Shown: positions 36,541 to 50,459 of the stretch, piece after piece
Numbering within the stretch: the stretch's first letter is position 1
Layout: each line of letters starts with the position of its first letter
Assembly: GCF_037042905.1 (NCBI RefSeq)
Contig: NC_087252.1
Span: 21,516,001 to 21,580,000 of the forward strand
Source of the DNA: Lytechinus pictus
Taxonomy: Eukaryota
Reading direction: 5' to 3'
DNA: 64,000 nt
Made by a program: the position numbers and the translations under genes
The notes under the pieces: generated by a model
Databases searched by the model: none
Seen by the model: the letters and a program-made list of their open reading frames with translations, nothing else
Told to the model about the DNA's origin: nothing

Positions 36541-39018
36541 TTAAAGTAATAACAATCAAAGCCAGTAGGCATTGACAGTGTTCGGATTATACAACCCCAA
36601 GACCTCCAAACACAAATAACAAAGATGCTTGACCACCACTGCGAGACAACTAATGAATTAAAGAGGTCAAGGAATGGCAGGCGGTCGGTCAGTCTAGGGA
36701 CCCTTTGGTCTCGCCGATTTATCACTGGCCAGAAAATCAGCCTGGCTGGTTTTTCGGTCAAATTTTATGAATGAATAGTGGTTGTAAATTACGTACGGCA
36801 TGCAAGATAGATGTGATTTTATTAGTGCATGCATTTTAAGATTTTTAGGATAGAGTAGTCTGTGGTGTTTTAATCAGTGAGTCAGATATACTCTTGGTTT
36901 GTAGCTAGTATTAGGGCTTTTACAATTTTCATGTTATGATGTTATAGTTTCAGCACATGTTAACATAATACATTTTGTACTTTCATACTACACCTCAACA
37001 CTGTGGTGTCATCTGATCAGGTAAAAATTACACAGATTTAACACTTAAGATTTTCAGTGAATGATGTTTGCAGCGATATAAAGGGTGTTTTTTAAACACC
37101 TAGAGGTGTTTCTGACTGTTATGGTCAAATCAACTGGTTTAACTTAAACATCTTAGGATGTTAGTATAACACTGAAATCATTGTGAACACCATGACCTTT
37201 TAGTGTAAGTTCATGCAGAATAGCAATCTTTCCCGCTTTTGCAGATAACATTACTAAAGCCATGAAAAGCGACTTTCCTTTCAATCGAACATTAAGTTTG
37301 CCTCAATATTTTCCAAGAAAAAAATATTTGCATCAAGCAAGCAGCAAATGGTGAATTGAATTCCATGTAACGTGCAGACAGATTTATTCATCCAATTTGA
37401 GCCTGAGCATTACCTGACAAATTGGTATTGCCAATTTGCACGCGGAGAGACATAAGTATGCAGACACGTAACGCTAAACGACACATTGAAAGCAAACGGC
37501 TGGGTAATCATTTTTGACATGTGCATTAACGAGAGCGTCTGTTGATTGGAGCATAATATAGAAATATCGATGTAGAATGTAGAAATCAATTTTGCTACTC
37601 TCGTTGTTTTACGCTGACATTTAGCAAGTTATATATTTATCTCTCTCTCATTAAGGGTGCCATGTTTGGTTTACTCTCTCTAGTAAAACAATTTATTTCA
37701 TGATGTCATTTCGTTGAGAGTGAGATTGTAGATCACTTATTCTTAATGTTTTCTCTTGAATGAAGGATAATGCTCTAATTGAAGTGAAACATTGTATTTT
37801 TTTCTTTGTGAAAAATGTATTTTTTCAAATTGCTTTATATTTCTTTGTTCTCGTCTCGTTTGCATGCTTCTATATTCTTTCCCACTCGGACTCTTTATTT
37901 TTTCAATGACAATCCCAGTATCTCTTTCCTTCCTTTCCTCTTTCTCTCTTCCTCTATCTTGCTGTCTCTCAACAATAATGTATTTCCCCCCTCTAATCTC
38001 TTTATAGATACCATTTTTTACACTTCTCTTGAGCTATTGTTTTAAGTATTGATTAAGTATTGGTCCCTTCTTTCACATTCTTTCACATTCTTTCATTTAT
38101 TTCATTCTTTCCTCTTTAACTGACATCTTTCACATTTTATGCTTGTTTTCATATTCGGTGTATTGATTCTTAACTATTTCAATATTCACTCTCTATGTCT
38201 TATAAATTTTATAAATGTTATTTCTTTCCCATCTGTTATTAACTTCTCCACTATCAGTTTCATCTGCCCTTATCTCCCTCGTCCTCTTTTGTTATTTTTA
38301 TTTGTTTATTTCTCTCTCTCCCTCTCTCTTGCTTTTCAGATCTCTCCAATATTATTTCTTTCACTCCACCATACTCTTTCACCAACTCTCTCATTCTGCC
38401 TCTCTCCTCGTCCTGCTCCTTTTATTGATTTGTCCGCTAGAGTATCCCCATCGATTGAGTGACAAACGATAATTGTGTGCTCTCTCTTCGACATTCTCAA
38501 CTCCTAAACTGTAAACATACCATTACGTGAAACCACCCGACGACGACGCTGTCAAACTACTCTGCATCAACCAACGCAACGTGCATTGCAAAGGTTTAAA
38601 GCTAAGGCCAAGGCATCAATTGCCGTGGAATTGAAAAGTGTACTCCACAGAACTTTAAAGGCGCAGTACCCTGCACCAATTTTGATAGGATTTAAGTATT
38701 TTTGTGTTGGTTTAGTTGTTTGGGGTATGAATATATATATATATAATGAAGAACTCTGGAAAAAGGCTTCATTTTTCAAAAATGGTCATGTTCATTAATT
38801 TACTGTAACATGCTTTCTAGAATGTTTGTTCTATTCAATAAGCTTTACATCTCTCCTAAAGTCACCAAAGTAGAGTACTCTAATGATGATGGTGGTGATA
38901 CATACAAGTACATTAAAAAAGAAGGATCCTGGATAGTCATTGACCTTGATAAAAATAACTTTGTTTAGAAATCAGAACTGAAAGGCTGATAATAAACTAT
39001 GTGTTAACTATGTGTTAA

Positions 39019-39090
39019 CCTATTGCCTACTGGAACTAGATGGTCTCTGTACAAAGCCAATGGGATTTACAGAATTCTGTAGTCAACAGG
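39019..39090 (+). mobile_element. 72-bp piggyBac-like mini-MITE
   Basis: TTAA-CCTATTGCCTAC..GTAGTCAACAGG-TTAA; matches 20457-20528. Confidence 0.75.
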
Positions 39091-39151
39091 TTAATATTCA
39101 TGTGGTATACATCTATCTCATCACATAGAAAATGCAGTTCTCAAACTCAAA

Positions 39152-39462
39152 GGCCTGTATTATGAAGTCGGGTTTAACTTAAACTCGGGTTTAAAGTTGT
39201 GGTTTAAGTATGGATAGCCAATTGTTACATAAATCACTAATGGTAGAGATATCATACTTCAGCTCATTTAGCACTCAAATCATTCATAATTGTCTAGGAA
39301 GTATAAAAAGATGATTGTCTTCACCATCGATGAATCAGGAAAGAGCACAGTAAACATAAGGAACATACAACTTAATGAAAATTTTGACACTTATGGCTTC
39401 CCATAATTTTAGCACAGAGTGAGACCATGGTCTCAGATAAACCTGACTTCAGAATACGGGCC
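39152..39462 (+). mobile_element. PIF/Harbinger-like MITE, same family as 10621
   Basis: GGCCTGTATTATGAAGTCGGGTTTAAC / AAACCTGACTTCAGAATACGGGCC; collinear interior. Confidence 0.88.
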
Positions 39463-39937
39463 TATGTTTATATGTATTTGGTATATATAAAGAGAGTTCT
39501 GTATTAAAGGATGTTGTCATGTACAATCAATATCCCTTCTCATTTATTGGAAGATAAAAACCGACACCAGAAACTTAACCTTGAGTAAAGTTCCCTTTAA
39601 AAGATAAACTTGATTTTCGCCAAAGTCAAGCAAATATAAATCAATTTGTTATGCTTGTCTTCAGTTTCTGAGGGGAAAATATTGCTGGGATTCTTATGCA
39701 AACTCTTTTGTCTGGGATGCGGAGATTGAGTGTGACGGAACGTGGCACGTGTTTGCTTTGTGAGTTTACCTCTAAGTCTGGTGTCGACTACGATGTCCAA
39801 ATTTTTTTGGAGCCAGTGTTTGAAACAAGATGACTCTTTGTCTATACAAATGTCCGGCTGCTAATAGAAAGGGCAAAAATGGAATTTAGTAAGAAGTGGG
39901 TTTTTGTTGTGTGTTACAAGATGACAAATTCCCATTA

Positions 39938-40354
39938 GTCTCTCATCTCTCTCCTCCTCTACCATCTCTCTATATATCTCTCTCCCTCTTTCTTTCTCAC
40001 TCCTCTCCCCTAGTCCCTCTCTCTCCCTGTATGCAACCCACCTCTTTCTCTTCCATTTCTCTTTCTCTCTAATCTTCTCTTCCGTCCCCCCTCTTTTAAT
40101 CCTCCTCTTTTCTCCCTTTCTTTCCCCTCCTTCCCCTTTCTCACCCTTTCCTCTCTCTTTCCCCTTCCCTTGCCCCGTTTTTTCTGTCTCTATCTCTCTC
40201 TTTCACTTTTATAACTTCTGTCCAAGTTTCTGCTGTTCCTGCTCTCTTCCATTCTCTCCTCCCTTTCTGTTTATTCTCCATTTCTACTACACTTTCTCTT
40301 TTTTACTCTCATTTCTCCCCCCTTCTCATTTCTCTTTCCCCCTCTCATTCTCTC
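39938..40354. repeat. CT-rich low-complexity tract
   Basis: Direct inspection. Confidence 0.9.
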
Positions 40355-42111
40355 GATAAATGTACATGTATAACAAACCTTCTTCAGTAATTATGTCATC
40401 GCATTCGTAGTTTTCTAAGCATTTCCAATACATGGTAGTGAACCAGCTTTAATGCATTGACAATTATCATCTCTTTATTATTGATATTGAATTGAAAAGT
40501 GATGAAAAATTATATTTTATATTTGTTCTCATCTCATGTTACCCAAATTAAAAGACCACATAACTTCACCTTGGCCTAAAAGCCCTCTTAAAAGAGGAAT
40601 CCGTCACTATGGCCACAAGCTGTTCTTGGATGCCACTTAATCATTGTTCAGATTTCCACAATTAAACAACCAAATCTCCGATTACATACCATTTCCAATT
40701 AAAAATGACACGAAGATGGCAAACAAGTGGCGCTTAATGAATATTTCCCCTCCGATGTCGGGAGAATCTCCAATCATCATCATCTCCCAAAAGCAAATAA
40801 AATGAGTCAGACAATAACATTTTATGAATAATTTCTCCCATCATGCCCCGGAGGGTGCGATCTGTCAAATATGATATAATTTACGCTGGTGATAATTGAA
40901 TGGTCTTCAAGAATACTAGACCATGATTTGGGGCTTTGTGTGAGGTTCAACGACATGTTGGTCACTAAACTGTTCTTACTTGAAATCAAGATTTACGAGT
41001 ATTATATCTTCATCTCTAATTACGGACATGAGTTTTTTTTCGCAGCACGACAGTTAAGATTCTTCAGAAAGGGGTTGGATATATTTGTATCTTGTCATCC
41101 TTTTTTAAGATATCGCATTTCCGGTCTTAAATTTCTAGATTGTGCAGTCTTGACTGATCATACATAAACTGTTTGGTTAAATGTGTTGGTTTTGATAACA
41201 TGCATTTGCAAATACACCATTTAAGCATCAAATTACAGGAACAAAGTCTCCCCTTTTTTGTAGGAGAGGCGATTGTAACGTTATCTTAAATCTTCATCTA
41301 GCATTTTTTAGATATGAATTGAAGTATTTTGTTTCTGCCCGAAGCTATAAACACATCTGAGTGCATTATTTAAGGTTTTTGTATCTCAATGACCAACATT
41401 AATGAATCGATCAAAAGCTGTCAAGATTTATCTCCAGTCATATCTTATGATTTCAGTCAGAGTATTCCGTATATACCAGTAATGAATTAATATTTAAAAA
41501 CAAGAAAAAATGAGATGCATATCTTTATAATATTTCATGTAATAGTAAGACTGTCTGTGTCTCTCAAATACATTGTATTAATAGGAGATAAATGGTTGAG
41601 ATTGCAAAATCTTAATACATTCATAAGGCCACATTCTGCGTAAAAAGCTAGGGTTCTGTGGTAATATGATTCGATATTGGGAGTTTTTAAAGTGGTTTGT
41701 GGTTTTGATGGTTTTGCCTGAAAATGTAATCAAGATGAAAGATTAAAATGCTTGCTATATCTGTTTTCTCGCAAAACGTAATGGAATCAGAGGTATGTCT
41801 CTCAAATTATCATCAATATTTTCTTAGCTCTGCTTCAGCTCAGACTCATATTTTCTGATGTTTGCATTCCATAGTCAAATGTAATCGTACGTGATGATAG
41901 GTTATGTTATGGAAAGCTATTTGGAAGCATTGCAAATCTTTTGTCATTTGTGATTTACTAACAGGGTTAGACCATGGCCTTAAAACCGGACTTTGTAATA
42001 AAGGCCATAGTCTTTAATATAATAGAAGATTGTTTTCATGTGCAGGTGGTTGTAGTAGTTTGGTATTTAGATCATTCTAACATGTCAGTTGTAAAAAAGA
42101 ATTAGCACCTG

Positions 42112-42234
42112 GGGAGTCGTGTTTTATGACAGGACTTGCCGGACGTTTTATCTGATAGTTACCATAGTAATAATGCTTTTCATCCACTCGAAATCAAGGA
42201 ATTTGTCGGATGAAAATGTTGATGAAACATTCCC
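42112..42234. mobile_element. Short degraded Harbinger-like MITE
   Basis: CTG-GGGAGTCGTGTTTTATGA .. TGATGAAACATTCCC-CTG; CTG TSD. Confidence 0.5.
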
Positions 42235-42354
42235 CTGATAAATTTGCTGTATTTGTATATATTACGTTCATATCTACTTTTGATCGTAATTGCATCTAAG
42301 GACATTGTCTTACATCCACTATTGCCACTGTTGTCACAATAGACGACAACACCA

Positions 42355-42561
42355 GGGGGTGTTTCACAAAGATTTAAGTAAGACTTAAGTCGCACTTAAA
42401 TGCCGACGCGTATCTGAAATGCAACGCGCAATCTGATCAATACGCAGTAGTGCGCATCCTCTTTGCATGATCTGACCAATGCGGTCATGCCTTTAATACC
42501 GCACGCAACTCGGCATTTAAGTGCGACTCTAAGTCATACTTAAATCTTTGTGAAACACCCC
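42355..42561. mobile_element. PIF/Harbinger-like palindromic MITE
   Basis: GGGGTGTTTCACAAAGATTTAAGTA-GACTTA..GTCGCACTTAAATGCCGA mirrored at the right end. Confidence 0.88.
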
Positions 42562-42584
42562 TTGTACTTTCGCCAAGGCTATCA

Positions 42585-42951
42585 ATATTACTAATACTAA
42601 AACTACTACCACCACTACTACCACCAACACTACCACTCTTACCACCGCCATTGTACGGTCCACTACCACTTTTACAACCACTTGGAGTTCGACTACCAAA
42701 AGAACCATTACCACTACTGCTGTCACCATCCCTAACACCAATACTTCCATGACCACTGCTACCACTTCCACTTACCATTACCATTAACACTACTGCTACC
42801 ACTACCACTACTACAACCACAATCACTACCACTACTACCATTGTCATTATATCATTATATTGTACATGTAGGCCTATACTCCATGACAATTTCAATAACA
42901 TGTCAACAACCTTAAATGCTCCTAATACTCTTATGCTGTTGATGCTGATGG

Positions 42952-42989
<38 letters not shown>

Positions 42990-43008
42990 TTACTACTATT
43001 ACTACTAT

Positions 43009-43043
<35 letters not shown>

Positions 43044-43111
43044 TTACTACTATTACTACTACTATTACTACTACTATTACTACTACTACTACTACTAATA
43101 CTACTACTAAG

Positions 43112-43177
<66 letters not shown>

Positions 43178-43224
43178 CACTACCACTACCACTACCGCCA
43201 CCGCCACCGCCACTGCCACTGCCA

Positions 43225-43308
<84 letters not shown>

Positions 43309-43340
43309 TACTACTACTACTACTACTACTACAACTACCA

Positions 43341-43382
<42 letters not shown>

Positions 43383-43490
43383 TTACTACCGCCACTACTA
43401 CTACTACAACTACTACTACTACTACCACTACTTCTACTACTTCTACTACTACTACCACTACCACTACGACTACTACTACTACTACTACTA

Positions 43491-43528
<38 letters not shown>

Positions 43529-43545
43529 ACTACTATAACTACTTC
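42585..43545. repeat. Compound (ACT/ACC/GCC)n microsatellite; degenerate 42585-42845, long and purer 42952-43545
   Basis: Direct inspection; explains the poly-Leu/Thr/Tyr/Ser/Val ORFs. Confidence 0.95.
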
Positions 43546-44089
43546 TCCTATTACTCCATTTCCTACTTCTTAGATTACTACAACTTCTTCATGCAACTCT
43601 ATAGTAGGTTTCACTTACGTCACTTATTGTAATTATATTTTTACAAAGAGTGCCTATTGTTTGATAAACTTCTTTTTATTTGAATAGCACTTTATCCTTT
43701 AAAAACCCCTTTCCCCTTCAGCGTGCCAGGGGTCTCAAAAAAAAAAAAACATAGTCGCACGTGCATGTGCATTTCCACCCCTTGTATTGATCTATATAAG
43801 GCTAGCCAACCCACATTACTTGGACAAGCCATACCCCATCTCCCAGCTGACTAGCATAAAGTGTTCCAGATAAATAAATAAACAGATACGTTAGCGGTAA
43901 ATAACACCTTCCAGTACACAACCCGTTGCTGGGTGCGACACAAACTCCACGACCTTCGCGGCCTGTGCTGTAACCGAGCCGGACTAACTTGATTACGGCT
44001 ATCTATAGTTGCCTCATTTTCACCAGCCGACAGTACGAGGGTTCATTTACGTGGCTGCCGGCTCCTCTCTTCCCAACCAATTAAAGGGA

Positions 44090-44385
44090 GGCCGTCTTAT
44101 TTACATCCCGGAATTTTGAGGTTATATCTCAATACCAGTCATGCAGATTCATTGTGAAAATTATACACAAGAATGGCCGTATGGGACTACATGAACCATG
44201 TTTTCAGAAATTCCTCCCGTCCGTTCTTGAAAATGAGGGTTTGGAAAGGCTGTCTTATTTACATGTGCATCCCGGGATTTGAAGATATAATATACATCAA
44301 TACAAATTATGCAGATCCATTGTGGAAAATATTCACAGATATGGCCGTATGGGACTCCATATATCACATGAATACGTTTTAAGAA
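44090..44385. repeat. Two-copy tandem repeat, ~160-170 bp
   Basis: GTCTTATTTACAT..CCCGG..ATGCAGAT-CATTGTG..ATGGCCGTATGGGACT twice. Confidence 0.85.
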
Positions 44386-44547
44386 GTTTTTTAAAATAAA
44401 TATTGTAGTGGATTTTTTAAGTCAGAAGAAAATCTGCTCATCCCACAATTAAAAGTACAGTCTGTCTTTCGTTATTAGGTTACACCCAACCAAGAGGTAT
44501 TGTATGTCATTTTGGAGCGCGTTAGAACATTGTTGGTAAGTCTACAC

Positions 44548-44965
44548 GGGGGTGGGGGGAGGGGTCGTAATCATCCTTGATTCCAAAACCAGTTCATCTG
44601 CTCTACGACAGGAAAGAGTCTTGTAAACTAGGTGAACTTTGTCAGCAACCAAGATGATGGCGCGTGGGGGGGGGGGGATGGTAATCATCCTTAGACCTAA
44701 ATCCAGGTTCATTCGCCATACGATGAGAGTCTTTGTAAACTTGGTGAATTGAGTCTGCGACCTAGATGGTGTCTGGAAGGGGGGTAATCAAAACACCTCA
44801 ACCAGTTTCGCCCTAAGACAAGAGCCTTGTAAACTCGGTGAGTCTCTGACTTACATAGCGGGGGGGGGGGGGTGTTGTCATCCTTATACCTAAAATCAGG
44901 TTCGTTCGCCCTGCGACAAGAGTCTTTGTAAACTCGGTGAACTGAGTCTGCGACCAAGATGGTGG
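44548..44965. repeat. Four-copy diverged tandem repeat, ~95-115 bp units with G-runs
   Basis: TGTAAACT-GGTGA at about 44622, 44735, 44828, 44927. Confidence 0.85.
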
Positions 44966-45615
44966 CTGCCGAGGAGCGCGACATAATCAGTCTCAAGTAT
45001 CAGGCTGCTCGAGAGCGCAGCTTAGAGCACCATCATGCAATAATAAGGCAAGATAATGTCTACAGCTTTTAAAGGTAGAGAGCTCACTTCGTGAGTTGTG
45101 CAATATTTTTTGTACTATTCAGTGCTGCGTGTATAAACAAATATGTGGAAAACTATAAGGTATCGTTTTTAGTGTCAGATTTGCTTTCATCGGGGCTTCT
45201 AGTGATCAAGTAATTCATTTATCACATTTATTCATTAAGTCATTATTTCATACATGCTTTCGTTCTCTTGTTCATTCATTCATTTTTTTCACTCCTGCTT
45301 TGATATGTATTCAATTTTTATGCATTTTTTTCATTTGTTCATTCCATTTATTTGTAAATGCAATACATTCAGCCTTCCCTCTGTTTGAACCGTTCATTTA
45401 TTTTGACCATTCATGGATTCATACACTGTTCATTTAAATGAATGAATGAATGGATGGATGGCTGGCTGGATCGATTGATTGATAGATGGATCAATCAATC
45501 AATCAATCAATCATATTGCAAAAAAGAGCGCTTTTACATCATAATTTAAGCAATACCAATCATTTATATTCAGTTATGGAGTCGATAGGTTTTTGATGTG
45601 GAGTGGTAAAACTCA

Positions 45616-45805
45616 GGTTCCATGGCATTTCATTTGCTCCGGCGACAATTGCTCCGCTGTGAATTCCACTCACTAATCAAATGCCCCACTTCAACCCTGG
45701 ATTTTAACACTACCCTATCCTAAACCTAACCTATTGCAATCCTAACCCTATATCTTAGACGAATAAAGCCCGGAGCAATCGTCCACGAGCAAATGTCGTG
45801 CCACC
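45616..45805 (+). mobile_element. Merlin-like MITE with 8-bp TSD
   Basis: GG..CC termini (GGTTCCATG / GTCGTGCCACC); perfect TSD AAAACTCA at 45608-45615 and 45806-45813; CCTAAC-rich core. Confidence 0.82.
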
Positions 45806-46421
45806 AAAACTCAATGATATACTGTAGAATGAAACAACATTATCGATACTTTTTGTTTTTGAACAGCGCCTTGGTTGGTATTGCTCCTTTGAGCACATGT
45901 TTCATTTATAGAACAATTGCTTTGCTGCGACATTGGATGAATATTCTTATGACACTCAAGCGCCAAGTCACGAAACCTGATCCTACAAAAATGCAATCAA
46001 AATGCATTTTGGATGGGAGGAAGTAAGAGAGATAGAGAGAGAAGGGGTGGGGGGGGGGGTAGAACGAGAGAGAAAGAGTGAGAGGAGGAGAACTGATAAG
46101 AATTGAAAATGTGATACGCCGTACCAAGTGTATTCCAGTTATGAGAGGAAAAATTTAAATCTGAAATGAATTGTAATTGAACAATTTACCCCCAAAAGAA
46201 GACAAACATTTCATCACCTGATCACTGTGAATGAACAAAACATATTTTGGAGTGGAAGATTTTATTAATTAAATGTCAATTTATATTTAATATTTTTTTC
46301 CCACAAATTGAGTAGTATTTATAAGTAGGAGACACATTTTGCCAAATAGTGGTTTGGAAATTAGGAAACAATCAGTGTTTGCTTAAATTACCGAAATTTA
46401 GAACAATAGTCTGTGTTCAAG

Positions 46422-46625
46422 TCTCCTGTACTGACCGCACAGAAACGTTGTTAGCGCTAACAATGCGCTGTTACAACCGGTAATGTAGCAGCGATGCCTA
46501 ATGTAACAATGCAGTACTTACACATTGTAATAAATGATTTGACTACGGAATCCGAAAGATGTGATTGGGCTAACTGTTAGCGCTCTGTTAAGCTAGTAAC
46601 ATTTCTTTTCGGCCGGCACTGGAGA
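46422..46625. mobile_element. Old unclassified MITE
   Basis: TCTCCTGTACTGACCGCACAGAAACGTTGTTAGC vs reverse complement of right end TCTCCAGTGCCGGCCGAAAAGAAATGTTACTAGC. Confidence 0.6.
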
Positions 46626-47327
46626 GGGTTTAAAAGCCATCAGTCAACTATTAAAACTTATAATCTCAACTCAACCATGCCAAAGTCATCTACTGAAACC
46701 ACATGATACCCCAAGTCCCTTGAAAATGAAAATGACCCAGGCCTTCTTCTCTGGCATCGTAATCCTCAGCCTTATTGTTCTCCTTTCTAATGATATAATA
46801 ACATATAAAAGATAATGTGAATTATTCTTTTATGGAGTTTCTCCTACACCTTTGGCATGCGGCAGAGGCAGTGCTGCCTGCTTTGGAAGTCCATGACGGC
46901 TTCTTATTCAGACCCGGCAGGAACGAAGCAGTATTTGATAACAATACGCAAGATGAATTGGTCACCGGGGAGGAAGAATGCCTGAAAAGAGGTGATTTCG
47001 TGACTGCCGGCTTGCGTGGGACTCTTGATTTATTCACAGTTTTGACAGGGTGAGATATATATGAATCCTTAAGCAATGAGCGCTCGTTATTTTGGAGAAT
47101 GTGAGTAAACTTTGCACGTTTCAAACAACAATATATCAGAAAGAGGGAAGGGAAGACAGGAAAATAACATCAGAGAGAGAGAGAAAGACGGATCTAGAAT
47201 CCACGTAAATAAAAGTGTACTGAAAAAATATGATTGAATATCAAGGAAAAACTATGCTTAGAAAAGGAGAAGGGGGAAAGGAGAAAAGGGAAACAGAAAA
47301 AAAATAGAGAAGGAGACACAAAGAAAT

Positions 47328-47528
47328 AAGATTTAAGTATGTCTTAGAGTTGCACTTAAATACCGAGTTGTATATGGCATGAAAGGCTTGACCCCATTGG
47401 TCAGATTGTGTCATGGGGACGCTCACTAATGCATATCTATCAATAAGATCGCGCATTGCATATCATGTGCACTTCGGCATTTAAGTGCTACTTAAGCCAT
47501 ACTTAAATCTTTGTGAAACACCCCCCCC
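47328..47528. mobile_element. Harbinger-like palindromic MITE, left tip missing, inverted relative to 56941
   Basis: AAGATTTAAGTATGTCTTAGAGTTGCACTTAAATACCGAG .. CTTAAATCTTTGTGAAACACCCC. Confidence 0.82.
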
Positions 47529-49314
47529 TGGTATTTACCTTTAAATGAAGGGCAGGATATGCAATGTATTGCATGTTAACGGATCATTCTAATCTATGCT
47601 CATCAAACGGCACATCCAAATGCCAATCCGATGGAACGCCTTTGGAAAGAACAAGGGAAAAAGCTGGAAGATAAGTTGACGGATTGCCTTAGATTATTCC
47701 AGCAGCTCTCCATAATATTAGCCATCTATCTCGATGACGGAGGTGCGGCAAACGGCTGCATGGCTGGAATCGTTAGATAAATACCTTAATGCCTCTATAC
47801 TTGAATTAATTAGCATAGAAAGATCAGTCTTAGTTTGTTGAATTAGCACAAGTTAAGAGGGAGTCCTCACTATGTGATGAGATGCATTGACCGTGAGTTG
47901 TCTGATTATCTGTTAAGATGCTAGAGAGATAATGTTTTGAATCATTAAGATTAATTGAAACATTATTTTCTTAAAAGAATAATCAAGATTGGGTCTAAAA
48001 GCAGATTTGTCAACTGTACGAATTTTAAATATTCATGTAGGAGCAATTGTAAATCTTATTTTCAATGTCTTTCCTTTGTTGCAATGTTCCTGTGGTATTA
48101 GATTATGTAGTTTGCCTGATATTTTAAAAACATTTCTATATACATGTATATTCTTTTTGGCCAGGGCTAGCAAGATTTGTTTGCATCTTTCTTAGAATGT
48201 AGGTAGTTAAAAAATATCAATAGGTTAGTTTTATAATGAACCTTGTAACTGTTGCTATATGGCTTTATAAAAAGGTCCTTATACTTTTTACACTCCTTTT
48301 TATAAACAATATTATTTACTGATCCTATGTTTATGGGAGAGTAGGAGAAAATACCTTTTCAGCCATTTTTTCCCTTACTGATAAACTGCCAGAAAACTTT
48401 GTTAAAACCTTGTCAAGAACTCTAGAATCTCTCTTTAAAAACAAATCCATTCAATGTTCGACAAAATTCACTGGCAGACAGTCCCATAGGTAACTCTTTC
48501 CAAGTAACCCAATTGCATTTAGCAGGGAGCTGGAGACATTGCTTCTGAATGTAGATTCATGATCTTTGTTCATTGTGACGTGTTTATAGTTTCCCACTCT
48601 TATATGATATTTCCTTTTCTTAGTAACTGGATTTGTTCATTTTTCCTTGCCACCTTCTCCCTTTTCTCTCTATATATAGCTCTTTCATATTGTAATATTC
48701 AATAATTCATTCTTACATTCAGTTTAATATTCACAGATCTGTGCATTCACTCTTGAGTTCATTCTTATTATTTTACGTCATGTTCAAGTCTCTATTCATT
48801 AGTTTTCAACAAATAATTCATTTTTAATTCTTGTATTCACAAGCTTCATGCTTTCATTATACATGTACATGCTTCATGCATTCAATCTCCATTCAATTAT
48901 TCATGCAATCATTTTACAGTTGTGATCTTTATCATTCCTGCATACAATTATCCTATGATTTATGCATTTATCTATGAATTCATTATTGCAATCATTATGA
49001 TTCTTGCATTCATGCATTCGTTTTTGGTTTGGATTGATGAATTCAATCTTTGTTTGAATGATGTATTTTGAATTCATTAGTTCAGTTCTTCTATTCTCAT
49101 TTAATGATTGTATTTGTTTATTGATTTATGTTTTCAATAATTTCTTATTGGTTGATCCATTCTTTCATACATTATTTCAATCAAGCATCCGTTATGCTTG
49201 ATTTATTGATTGGCAAATTAATATTGAATGCATTGTTTCGTATTTCATTCTTGCTCAAATAATAATCTGAACTCCTCTTTATAAAGAATGATTTCAACCA
49301 TTCATTAAAAAATA

Positions 49315-49452
49315 ATCATTCATTCATCCATCAATCCATCTGTCCACCCATCAATTCATCCCTCCTACCTATTTCTTCATCCATCCATCCACCCACCCAT
49401 CCATCCGTCCGTTTGTTCGTCCGTCCATCCGTCCATCCATCCATCCATCCAT
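49315..49452. repeat. (CCAT/CCGT)n microsatellite, at the end of a longer degenerate ATTC-rich tract from ~48700
   Basis: Direct inspection. Confidence 0.85.
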
Positions 49453-50245
49453 TCCTAACCATATACATCTCAGTATCCCATCTCCTATCCCCCTCAATCA
49501 ATTACACCAAATACCCAGCCATGTGTTCTTAACACTCATTATGTTTCATTTATATACTCAAGTTCCACCATGGAACATATAGATTATATATATATTCTTC
49601 CAAGAGTAGGATATATTATACATATACGCTGAACAGGAAATATATATGTCTGTCGGCATGCGGTGTGAATATGTTTCTTCAAAGCGAATCGCCAGAGGGG
49701 AAGTGTGCTTATGCTCACTAGTATTTTATTTTCAAGCTGTACAGAGAGCGTTCCCATTGCCGAAAATCAAATGCCGCTCATTTCATGTTGTTGATTGTGC
49801 GCAACCCCTTATCTATGAATTCATGTGTCATATCTTGGTGCATACAGTTATGTGTCTGTGCAATGATGTGTTCACTTGAATGATCTGCCTTCTTATCCAA
49901 AGTGTCCTCGTACTTTTGGAATACCGCTGAATAGTGATTGCAACCGTGTCAAAATAATAACAAAATAACTTGATACAAAGCTCATTTAGGCTGCATCGAT
50001 GTAATATAAATTTTTCCTATCAAACATTACACTCTATCACAGGGCAGCTGAAAAGGTCCAATTTCGTCAGAACACAAAGGAAAACCATTATTGATCTAAA
50101 AGTCTAATATAACACCTCTATTTCTGCATGTACCAAGTTAATTTCATATAAAGTGCATCGGATTCTGCAGTTTGCCTGGTAGGCAACAGACTTAGTGCTA
50201 AAGCTCATTCGCTTTCCCTAACCTTACATCACAAAATCTAATGTA

Positions 50246-50459
50246 CACAGTTAAACACTGTTTGAAATTTTTATACAAAATGTTGCTTTCTATATTAACC
50301 TAACAGTAGTTTAAAGGATTTAAGCAAATGTTTAAAATCACGACAACAGAGTTCAATTTTCTATATTTCATTCTCAATAAATTAAGCCCGGTTGTTTAAA
50401 ATGCAATGTTCATTTGATATACTGTGTTGTATGAAATTTTAAACAGTGTTTTTACTGTG
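50246..50459. mobile_element. MITE with CACAG termini (CACTA-like or unclassified)
   Basis: CACAGTTAAACACTGTTTGAAATTTTTATACAA vs right end TTGTATGAAATTTTAAACAGTGTTTTTACTGTG. Confidence 0.7.

Noticed and set aside
42485..43529. Longest ORFs in the window (248 and 209 aa)
   Set aside because: Homopolymeric translations of (ACT)n; no splice or domain signal.
46817..47124. Protein-looking 78-aa (+) and 100-aa (-) ORFs as a possible next exon
   Set aside because: No convincing acceptor or recognisable domain; more likely a non-coding block.
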